Notes: generated by a model not told the origin, from the sequence alone. A DNA stretch of 32,000 nt from Corynebacterium glutamicum ATCC 13032 (GCF_000011325.1 NC_003450.3:450001-482000), one strand, 5' to 3'; counted from the first letter of the stretch, positions 15,949 through 22,947 are shown. Translations and numbers: made by a program.

Positions 15949-17574
15949 ATGCTCAAAACAGTCAAGCTGTATGCACGGAAAGCGTGGAACTGGCTCACCA
16001 GCATGCGCACAGCACTGGCGTTGCTGTTTCTTCTGGCGATCGCTGCCATCCCTGGCGCATTGCTCCCGCAGCGTTCCCTCAATGAATCAAACGTCATTGA
16101 ATACATTGAGAACAATGGAAAGCTCGCTGAGTTCTACGACAAGATTCAGCTTTTCGACGTCTTCTCCTCCACGTGGTTTACCGCCATCTATGTGCTGCTC
16201 CTGATCTCTTTGGTCGGCTGTATTCTCCCTCGAAGCTGGGAACACTACAAAGCCATGCGCGCACCTGTGGTGCGGGCGCCAAGGAACCTCGAACGTTTGG
16301 CTCACAACGGCGAGGGGCTCGTCGAAAAGCGTGAAGAAGAGGTAGAAAAAGACGCCCGTAAACTCCTCAAAGGCTGGAAAATCACCGAATATTCCGCCGA
16401 GGAAGACCGCGCGGGAGTGCGCTCCATTGCCGCTGAAAAGGGCTACACGCGCGAACTCTTCAACCTGATTTTCCACCTGGGCATCGTGGGCATGATTGTG
16501 ACCGCAGGCCTGGGACGACTGTTTTACTACGAAGGCCACGTCATCGTCGTGACCGACGGCGAGCAAAACCAACAGAACTCCGTGTTCTGCAACACTGCCA
16601 CCGCCAACTACGACTCCTTCCGCGCCGGCGCCAACTTCGACGGCACCGGGCTGACCACCTTCTGCTTTGAAGCGCACGATTTCTCCGCCGACTACCTCGC
16701 CAACGGCCAGGCCGAGATGTTCCGCTCGAATATTTCCTACGCAGTCGGCGACGACATCCAAAACGACCCAGAAACCTGGGAAGACTACGAACTTCGCGTC
16801 AACCACCCACTGCGCATCGAAGGCGACCGCGTCTACCTTCAGGGCCACGGCTTCGCCCCAACATTCACCGTGACCTGGCCAAATGGCGAGACCCGCACCC
16901 AGACCGTGCAGTGGCGCCCAGACGACCCGACCTTCTTCCTGTCCTCAGGCGTGGTCCGTTTCGATCCACCCGCCGGCATGTACCCAGACCTTTACGAGCG
17001 CCGCCAAAACCAGTTGGCCATCCAGGGACTTTTCGCACCGACCGCGGAATGGGAAGGCGACAACAACGAACTGCTGACCTCCTCCTACCCGGCGATGCGT
17101 GACCCAGCCGTGGCGATCGATATTTACCGCGGCGACAATGGCCTCGATACCGGCATCGGACAGTCATTGTTCAGCCTGGACTCTAGTCTCATGCACAGCG
17201 GCGTGCTGCAAAAAATTGAGCGCGTCAACCTCCAAATCGGCGACACCGTCACCCTGGATGATGGCACCACCGTCTCCTTCGACGGCGCGTCAGAATTTGC
17301 CAACTACCAGATCAGCCGCGACCCCACACAAAACTGGGTGCTGGTCACCACCGTGATTTCGCTGGTCTCCCTGGTTGGATCCCTGATGATCCGACGCCGC
17401 CGCATTTGGGTGCGTTTCTATCCACAAGAAAACGGAACCACCCGCGTGGAAACCGGCGGACTTGCCCGCACCGACCGCGCAGGCTGGGGTGGCGAATACG
17501 AGAAATTCCACCGCGAACTGCTGGGTCTGAAGGAGGAAGATGAAGACGAAGAGTACTTCGACCACGACGACTAA
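15949..17574 (+). CDS. resB: Cytochrome c biogenesis protein ResB/Ccs1 (System II)
   Basis: 541-aa ORF with ResB-type architecture: N-terminal TM segments (WNWLTSMRTALALLFLLAIAAIPGALLPQR), a large extracytoplasmic domain and a C-terminal TM. It lies between ccdA and the WWD-motif protein. Confidence 0.9.
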   Translation: MLKTVKLYARKAWNWLTSMRTALALLFLLAIAAIPGALLPQRSLNESNVIEYIENNGKLAEFYDKIQLFDVFSSTWFTAIYVLLLISLVGCILPRSWEHYKAMRAPVVRAPRNLERLAHNGEGLVEKREEEVEKDARKLLKGWKITEYSAEEDRAGVRSIAAEKGYTRELFNLIFHLGIVGMIVTAGLGRLFYYEGHVIVVTDGEQNQQNSVFCNTATANYDSFRAGANFDGTGLTTFCFEAHDFSADYLANGQAEMFRSNISYAVGDDIQNDPETWEDYELRVNHPLRIEGDRVYLQGHGFAPTFTVTWPNGETRTQTVQWRPDDPTFFLSSGVVRFDPPAGMYPDLYERRQNQLAIQGLFAPTAEWEGDNNELLTSSYPAMRDPAVAIDIYRGDNGLDTGIGQSLFSLDSSLMHSGVLQKIERVNLQIGDTVTLDDGTTVSFDGASEFANYQISRDPTQNWVLVTTVISLVSLVGSLMIRRRRIWVRFYPQENGTTRVETGGLARTDRAGWGGEYEKFHRELLGLKEEDEDEEYFDHDD

Positions 17575-17647
17575 CACCGCAATTTAAAGGCTTTTCAAGC
17601 CTGCCCCACATCGAAGCAGTTTTCACAAAGAATAAGGTTGGAAAATT

Positions 17648-18661
17648 ATGTTGCCCGTCAACCAAACGTATGCGCAGTTCTCAGACACTGCCTTCGTATC
17701 GGCATACATCATCTACGTTCTGGCACTCATCCTCTCCCTCGTCTACTACGTAAAACAACAAGGCATTATCGACGCCCGCCGCGAGCAAACCCGCGTCAGC
17801 GAACTCGTTGGTGCAGGCGGCAGCGCTGATGTTGATACTGACCTGCCTGATGACATCGCCGACGGTGTCCTCGCCGACGAAGACCTTGCAAAACGCGAAG
17901 AAACCGCACGCAAACTAGCCAACATGACCCAATCTCTCATGTGGCTCGGCGTCATGGTGCACCTCGTATCCGTCGTGATGCGCGCGCTGTCTGCCAGCCG
18001 ATTCCCCTTCGGCAACCTGTATGAATACATCCTCATGGTCACCCTCTTCGCCATGATCGGAGCCGTACTCATCCTGCAGCGCCCACAATTCCGCGTGGTA
18101 TGGCCATGGATCCTCACCCCAATGCTGGCACTGCTCTTCTACGGTGGCACCCAGCTGTACTCCGACGCAGCACCAGTCGTTCCAGCACTGCAGTCCTTCT
18201 GGTTCCCGATCCACGTTTCCTCCGTCTCCATCGGCGCATCCATCGGTATCGTCTCCGGTATTGCATCCCTGCTGTACCTACTGCGCATGTGGCAACCAAA
18301 GGGTAAAGAAAAGGGCTTCTTCGGCGCAGTAGCAAAACCACTCCCATCCGGAAAAACCCTGGATAACCTGGCATACAAGACCGCGATCTGGACTGTCCCA
18401 ATCTTCGGCCTGGGCATCATCTTGGGTGCCATCTGGGCAGAAGCAGCCTGGGGTCGTTTCTGGGGATGGGATCCTAAGGAAACAGTCTCCTTCATCACCT
18501 GGGTTCTCTACGCTGGTTACCTCCACGCACGTGCAACTGCTGGTTGGCGCAACACCAACGCTGCATGGATCAACATCCTGGCGCTGGTCACGATGATTTT
18601 TAATCTGTTCTTCATCAACATGGTCGTATCTGGTCTGCACTCTTACGCCGGACTGAACTAA
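17648..18661 (+). CDS. ccsB: Cytochrome c biogenesis heme-handling protein, ResC/CcsA family (labelled CcsB in some annotations)
   Basis: 337-aa polytopic membrane ORF with the Trp-rich WWD heme-binding motif WGRFWGWDPKE (18449..18481) and conserved His contexts. Confidence 0.9.
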   Translation: MLPVNQTYAQFSDTAFVSAYIIYVLALILSLVYYVKQQGIIDARREQTRVSELVGAGGSADVDTDLPDDIADGVLADEDLAKREETARKLANMTQSLMWLGVMVHLVSVVMRALSASRFPFGNLYEYILMVTLFAMIGAVLILQRPQFRVVWPWILTPMLALLFYGGTQLYSDAAPVVPALQSFWFPIHVSSVSIGASIGIVSGIASLLYLLRMWQPKGKEKGFFGAVAKPLPSGKTLDNLAYKTAIWTVPIFGLGIILGAIWAEAAWGRFWGWDPKETVSFITWVLYAGYLHARATAGWRNTNAAWINILALVTMIFNLFFINMVVSGLHSYAGLN

Positions 18662-18688
18662 GCACTTTTGGTTGGCGGGGTTAGTGAG

Positions 18689-18734
18689 ACCCGCCCTCGT
18701 TCTTCATTGAGCGAGGGCGGGTTTGTTGTTTTTT
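18689..18734 (+). terminator. Rho-independent terminator closing the hemL-to-ccsB transcription unit
   Basis: Perfect 11-bp GC-rich stem, acccgccctcg (18689..18699) with cgagggcgggt (18712..18722), a 12-nt loop, then ttgttgtttttt. It begins 28 nt after the ccsB stop. Confidence 0.85.
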
Positions 18735-18880
18735 GGGGGCGCTCATGGATTTAGGGGCATTGTGTGCTTGCCTAGTCGATTATTTGTCATCCCTTTGGCT
18801 TTCCATCAGTCCTTGAAGCAGTCATAGGGGGAATGTCTTAGTCCACGAAAGTACAGGTACTTCCCGGAATCTCATTTAAA

Positions 18881-18948
18881 GGCGATCTAAGGGGGCGGGT
18901 TTTTCGAATGGGTGTGTGTCTGGGTTGGGTGGGGCTAGGCCCTTAAAA
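18881..18948. repeat. Degenerate, truncated third copy of the intergenic repeat family
   Basis: ggcgatctaagggggcgggtttttcgaatgggtgtgtgtctgggttgggtgggg resembles the 5' part of the extended repeat units (agcgattctgggagggcaagtttttcgaggttggggtgg and ggcgatttaaggggtcgagtttttcgaggttggggtgg). Aligned by eye only. Confidence 0.4.
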
Positions 18949-18965
18949 GCGATTCTGGGAGGGCA

Positions 18966-19065
18966 AGTTTTTCGAGGTTGGGGTGGCTTTTCGGGTGGCG
19001 TGTACGTATTAAACCAAGGAGCTTGTTTGAGGGGGAGCGCTTGGTTTGATTCGACAGTTTTCGGG
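18966..19065. repeat. 100-bp direct repeat, copy 1
   Basis: agtttttcgaggttggggtggcttttcgggtggcgtgtacgtattaaaccaaggagcttgtttgagggggagcgcttggtttgattcgacagttttcggg. It is identical to 19268..19367 except for one base (C at 19005 against T at 19307). It contains an internal 8-bp hairpin, aaaccaag (19011..19018) with cttggttt (19040..19047). Confidence 0.95.
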
Positions 19066-19267
19066 AGTTGAAAGTGAAGAATTAGGCCAGAGGGGGCTCG
19101 AAAATCCGTCTCCTTGGTTCCAATCGCACGCTTTACTCTTTCTCGTGCCCCACATTGTCTTTGACTTTCGTTGGATCGTGGCTTTCACCCGCTCATACGT
19201 GCACGCCATTTAGCCAACGGATAGGAAGGGTTTTTAGGGAGGCCCTCTCTGGCGATTTAAGGGGTCG

Positions 19268-19367
19268 AGTTTTTCGAGGTTGGGGTGGCTTTTCGGGTGG
19301 CGTGTATGTATTAAACCAAGGAGCTTGTTTGAGGGGGAGCGCTTGGTTTGATTCGACAGTTTTCGGG
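19268..19367. repeat. 100-bp direct repeat, copy 2, offset +302 bp
   Basis: 99/100 identical to 18966..19065. It ends 2 nt before the TTG that opens the M24-like ORF, and it supplies the in-frame TGA (19349..19351) that bounds that ORF upstream. Confidence 0.95.
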
Positions 19368-19369
19368 CA

Positions 19370-20173
19370 TTGAGCCTGACGGAAGGGGAGATCATTCCCA
19401 TCCAAACAAAGCTCGGCCACTGGCGTGACGTGCGGGATTCCGAAGATCTGCCATTCCAAGTAATCGCATCGCGCACCAGCGTGACCATTATGGAAAACAC
19501 CCTGGAATGGACCAACAGCCGCCTTGAGCGTGGCGAAGAGTTCACCGAGCTCGACATTTATGCTCACTACTTGGAAGAGTTGGAAGATTACGCCCTCCAA
19601 TTCACCTTCGATGTCGAGCCCTACTTCACCAACCTGCACTCCTCCAACAGAATGCTCTTCCCTGGACCTCCTGTGGATTTCCCGATCAACGCAGAAACCC
19701 GATGCATTCAGCTCGACGCCGGTGTTGCAGTAAAGAAGGACGGCGTGGTGCTGGGTACCTCAGATATGGCGAGGTCCCTGCCTCGAACCGCCGCTGGCCA
19801 AGAAGCCTATGAGTACTTCTTCAAGGTGGTTCGTGAAGGCATCATCGGGCAGCTGCGCCCGGGCGTGATCTGCGCTGACGTGCACGAAGCAACCCTTGAT
19901 TACCTAAGCCCGCAGCTACCTCGCATGATTGACATCGGAATGCTGGGTGCCGACACCGATTTCAACACCATCTACCGCAAGCGCAATGTTGGCCACCTCA
20001 TGGGCAAGCAGGAATCCTTTGCCAATGAGCTTCGCCCTGGATACAAGCACATTCTTCACCACGGCTCCTATGGTGCCGCGGAGATCCCTTGGCGCTACAA
20101 CGGTGTAGCCATTGGTACCGAGGATCTGTGGTACATCGGCGCAGACAAGACCTACATTTTGAGCCAGCGCTAA
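19370..20173 (+). CDS. M24 (pita-bread fold, Xaa-Pro peptidase/creatinase-like) family protein; catalytic-domain-only ORF
   Basis: 267-aa ORF with M24-like blocks (QLDAGVAVKKDGVVLGTSDMARS, NVGHLMGKQESF, AAEIPWRYNGVAIGTEDLWYI). The only in-frame start after the upstream stop is a TTG at 19370 with no obvious RBS, so the start and the intactness of the gene are uncertain. Confidence 0.65.
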   Translation: MSLTEGEIIPIQTKLGHWRDVRDSEDLPFQVIASRTSVTIMENTLEWTNSRLERGEEFTELDIYAHYLEELEDYALQFTFDVEPYFTNLHSSNRMLFPGPPVDFPINAETRCIQLDAGVAVKKDGVVLGTSDMARSLPRTAAGQEAYEYFFKVVREGIIGQLRPGVICADVHEATLDYLSPQLPRMIDIGMLGADTDFNTIYRKRNVGHLMGKQESFANELRPGYKHILHHGSYGAAEIPWRYNGVAIGTEDLWYIGADKTYILSQR

Positions 20174-20183
20174 GGAGAACCCA

Positions 20184-20657
20184 GTGACAGAAATTGCAGA
20201 AAACCTTCAGCGCTTGGGTATTGAATTACCTGATCTACCAGCACCGCAGTATTCCTACGTACCGTTCAACCGCCAAGGAAACACCCTCTATGTATCGGGG
20301 CAGATTTCACGAACCGCAGCGGGAGACATCCTCGCCGGACGAGTTGGCGAAGACGCAACATTAGAAGAAGGAATCCACGCCGCAGAGGTAGCCACCATCA
20401 ATCTGCTGGCCAGAATCCACCAATCCATCGGTTTAGACAATGTGGCCCAAATTCTGAAACTGAATGTGTGGGTCAATAGCTCCGATGACTTTATTCAGCA
20501 GCCTCAAGTGGCCGACGGTGCATCCCAGCTCCTTGAGGCAGTGTTGGGTGAGGCCGGAAAACATGCACGCACAGCACTACCCACAAATACTCTCCCCCAG
20601 GGAGCACTAGTGGAATTGGATGCTGTCGTTGCGGTCACCGAGGCCGCCGAAGTTTAG
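20184..20657 (+). CDS. RidA/YjgF/TdcF family protein (reactive-intermediate deaminase-like)
   Basis: 157-aa ORF with a GTG start and a strong RBS (aaggag) 6 nt upstream. It has YjgF-family blocks (NTLYVSGQISR, ARTALPTNTLPQGALVELDAVV). Confidence 0.85.
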   Translation: MTEIAENLQRLGIELPDLPAPQYSYVPFNRQGNTLYVSGQISRTAAGDILAGRVGEDATLEEGIHAAEVATINLLARIHQSIGLDNVAQILKLNVWVNSSDDFIQQPQVADGASQLLEAVLGEAGKHARTALPTNTLPQGALVELDAVVAVTEAAEV

Positions 20658-21013
20658 GACGCGTGGGCGAAAATTTCAGCAACCGTATCAATATGAGCGG
20701 AATTAATGCTGAAATACGCCCACTTTCCGCATTGTTCACGGTTGACCAAATTAGCTGCGATGAGCTTTTTCATATGGTGGGTCACCGTGGGGGCGGAAAT
20801 ATTGAGTGTGTGTGCCAGGGCATTCGCGCTCACCCGCGAGCTTTTTGTAGTGAAAATCAGGTACAAGATTTCTAGGCGGGTGGTGTCACCGAGTGCCTTG
20901 TAGAAATCGCTGGCCTCTTCGGCGATGTCCGTGATCCTGCTGGGTACGGATTTTAGCGGCGCGAAGCGCTGCTCTGTGGCACTGTCTGCGCTGGATGGGA
21001 TAACGGAGGTCAT
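20654..21013 (-). CDS. ArsR/SmtB family transcriptional regulator
   Basis: 119-aa ORF with the winged-HTH signature ALGDTTRLEILYLIF...ANALAHTLNISAPTVTHHMKKLIAANLV. Its 3' end overlaps the RidA gene's 3' end by 4 bp (convergent). By position it may correspond to the C. glutamicum ArsR-type regulator GlyR; that is from memory and unverified. Confidence 0.85.
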   Translation of the reverse strand: MTSVIPSSADSATEQRFAPLKSVPSRITDIAEEASDFYKALGDTTRLEILYLIFTTKSSRVSANALAHTLNISAPTVTHHMKKLIAANLVNREQCGKWAYFSINSAHIDTVAEIFAHAS

Positions 21014-21061
21014 TCACTCAATATATAGGTATGGCAAGCCTAAGTGAATTGATTGAGTGAA
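21013..21061 (-). promoter_or_regulatory. Candidate leaderless promoter and operator of the ArsR gene
   Basis: Perfect 10-bp inverted repeat, ttcactcaat (21013..21022) with attgagtgaa (21052..21061). On the minus strand a TATATT hexamer (21025..21020) sits 6 nt before the A of the ATG, which is the geometry of a leaderless transcript. There are also tandem gtgaattga 9-mers at 21043..21051 and 21056..21064. Confidence 0.35.
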
Positions 21062-21117
21062 TTGAATGCATCACACCCGATTACAGGGGTATTGAAAATC
21101 TTTTTAAAGAAGCCCTT

Positions 21118-21420
21118 TTAAGAATCCTCAGTGGGCTTCTCTGGACCTTCTTCTGAGCTTTCAGGCTTTGCGTAGCGTTCCCTGGCCCGTTTGAGACGTT
21201 CTTCCTCTTCTAATTGGGCAGCCTCGTCGGCGCGACGCTGTTTGAAGCGATTCTTTTCAATATTCCACAAGAATTCTTCATCATCGTCGGGGCCTTTCAC
21301 TGCACGAGGTGCCTGGCCCTGATTGATCTCCGCGTTACGCTTCCATGTAGATGGCTTGAAGGCCTTCCACAGCAAGACGATTGCGACGATAACCAAAATA
21401 ATCAGCAAAAGCCTACCCAC
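21118..21420 (-). CDS. Small membrane-anchored protein with a highly charged C-terminal tail
   Basis: 100-aa ORF with a GTG start and AAGGAG 8 nt upstream. It has one N-terminal TM (LLLIILVIVAIVLLW) followed by a Lys/Glu/Arg/Asp-rich predicted helical tail. Confidence 0.6.
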   Translation of the reverse strand: MGRLLLIILVIVAIVLLWKAFKPSTWKRNAEINQGQAPRAVKGPDDDEEFLWNIEKNRFKQRRADEAAQLEEEERLKRARERYAKPESSEEGPEKPTEDS

Positions 21421-21496
21421 TTGAACCTCTCCTTAAATATTTGCTTCAACCTCCCACAATACGGAACTTTGAGGCATTCTTGGGTATCGGTATGTA

Positions 21497-21850
21497 TTGA
21501 GTAGGGTTGAATATGTGAGTGAGTCCAATACCCCCAATCTCCAGACACACCAAGCGCCGGAATTAAACCCGGAACTACAAAAAGCTGCCCGGAAAAACGT
21601 GCTGATTTACGGTCTGGCACGTTTGCTTCTGTTCGTCGTGCTGACCTTGATTATTCATAGCCTGGCTCTGCTGATTAGTGCGCCTGTGCCACTCGTTATG
21701 TCTGCGATGCTGGCTCTGATTGTGGCGTTCCCATTGTCCATGCTGGTGTTCAGCAAACTGCGCATGAATGCCACCCAGGCTGTTTCCCAGTGGGATGCAC
21801 AGCGCAAGGCCCACAAGGAATGGGTTCGAAGCGAGCTGGCGGACCGCTAA
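21497..21850 (+). CDS. Small two-TM membrane protein, DUF4229-like
   Basis: 117-aa ORF with two hydrophobic helices (LIYGLARLLLFVVLTLIIH; PLVMSAMLALIVAFPLSMLVF). The start is ambiguous: TTG at 21497 or in-frame GTG at 21515. A protein of this type commonly sits next to menA in actinobacteria (from memory). Confidence 0.6.
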   Translation: MSRVEYVSESNTPNLQTHQAPELNPELQKAARKNVLIYGLARLLLFVVLTLIIHSLALLISAPVPLVMSAMLALIVAFPLSMLVFSKLRMNATQAVSQWDAQRKAHKEWVRSELADR

Positions 21851-21883
21851 AAAATTCCCCTCGTTCTTTGCGGAAGCGAGAGG
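21850..21883 (-). terminator. Terminator-like hairpin downstream of menA, possibly bidirectional
   Basis: Imperfect stem between cccctcgttc (21857..21866) and gaagcgagagg (21873..21883), with about 9 bp, one bulge and one mismatch. On the minus-strand RNA it is followed by aaUUUUUU (the complement of aaaaaatt at 21849..21856). Confidence 0.45.
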
Positions 21884-21911
21884 AAAGGGGAGGGGAGCGT
21901 CGAAAAGCGTT

Positions 21912-22808
21912 TTAGCTAAACGCTAATGCCAGGCCCGTGAGCACGGCCCACAACGCCATGGCGCGCCCTGTTGAGCCGATGACGGGGATGAGATCCTTGC
22001 CGGTGGCGTTGTTGCGGATCGGCCCTGCGGCTTTCAGTGCCAGCGGGAAAACGATGATCGCGATCAGCGCTGGCCAGGCGACAAACGCCAGGCAGATGGA
22101 CATGATGAACGGCGTGGAAATCAGCGCGAGGAACAGCTTACGAGCACCCGCATCGCCCAGGCGGACCGCGAGGGTAATTTTTCCGGTCTTGCTATCGGTT
22201 GGAATATCGCGAATATTGTTGGCCAAGTTCACGCCAGCAGACATCGACCCCACGCCAACTGCGGCGGCCAAACCGGCCCAGCTGACGGAACCGGTTTGGG
22301 TGAACTGCGTTCCCATGACCGCGACGAGGCCGAAGAAGATGAACACAGCAATCTCGCCGAGCCCGCGGTAACCATAAGGATTTTTACCGCCGGTGTAGAA
22401 CCACGCGCCCAGCACACACAGGATGCCGATGAGGATCAGCCACCACGCGCTCAACAGGCTCAGCGCGGTGCCGGCGACACCTGCGATACCGAAAGAAATA
22501 AACGCCGCAGCTTTCACTTTCTTCGGCTCAGCCAACCCAGAACCAGTGAGTCGCAGAGGACCGGTGCGGTCTTCATCGGTGCCACGAATGCCATCAGAGT
22601 AATCATTGGCGTAATTCACACCGATGATCAAAGCCCACGCCACGACAAGCGCCAGCAAGGCCTTCCACCACACAAAACCATCATGAAAAGCGGCGACACC
22701 TGAACCGGCAATGACAGGCGCGAACGCATTTGCCCAGGTACGCGGGCGTGCGCCTTGAATCCAATCGGACAAAGTTACAGAATTCGGCTGGGGTTCCGTG
22801 TGAGACAT
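21912..22808 (-). CDS. menA: 1,4-dihydroxy-2-naphthoate polyprenyltransferase
   Basis: 298-aa polytopic ORF of the UbiA family, with the Asp-rich motif NYANDYSDGIRGTDEDR and a second motif (NNIRDIPTD). Confidence 0.9.
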   Translation of the reverse strand: MSHTEPQPNSVTLSDWIQGARPRTWANAFAPVIAGSGVAAFHDGFVWWKALLALVVAWALIIGVNYANDYSDGIRGTDEDRTGPLRLTGSGLAEPKKVKAAAFISFGIAGVAGTALSLLSAWWLILIGILCVLGAWFYTGGKNPYGYRGLGEIAVFIFFGLVAVMGTQFTQTGSVSWAGLAAAVGVGSMSAGVNLANNIRDIPTDSKTGKITLAVRLGDAGARKLFLALISTPFIMSICLAFVAWPALIAIIVFPLALKAAGPIRNNATGKDLIPVIGSTGRAMALWAVLTGLALAFS

Positions 22809-22947
22809 AACCTCTATCTTTCCCCATCACATACTCGATCGCGCAATTGCTTGAAATACGTTCGGCAGGCTATGGGGGAGTGTGAAACGCTATTGTGAAA
22901 TGAATAGATAGGTTCCATAGTCGATCGAGGAGGAGTCGCAGAAGTTT

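Noticed and set aside
16087-16848. 253-aa minus-strand ORF, Val/Gly/Ala-rich
   Set aside because: It is antisense to resB and shows the repetitive composition characteristic of the complementary frame of a GC-biased gene.
17575-17647. Small hairpin aggctt-ttc-aagcct between resB and ccsB as an internal terminator
   Set aside because: It has a 6-bp stem, a 3-nt loop and no following T-run. The genes belong to one pathway and a strong terminator lies after ccsB. It is more likely an mRNA-processing or stability element, or chance.
19040-19060. tRNA T-arm-like sequence ggtttgattcgac inside the repeat
   Set aside because: The flanks do not form a T-stem, acceptor stem or anticodon arm, so no cloverleaf can be drawn.
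18881-19367. Possible CRISPR array
   Set aside because: There are only two good copies plus one degenerate copy. The repeat unit is 100 bp, far longer than CRISPR repeats. The spacer is 202 bp and no cas genes are nearby.
19009-19373. 66-aa (minus) and 72-aa (plus) ORFs crossing the 100-bp repeats
   Set aside because: Both read through the repeat and spacer as Gly/Arg/Ser/Phe-rich or otherwise implausible peptides. They have non-ATG or weak starts and no RBS. The repeat structure itself explains why the frame is open.
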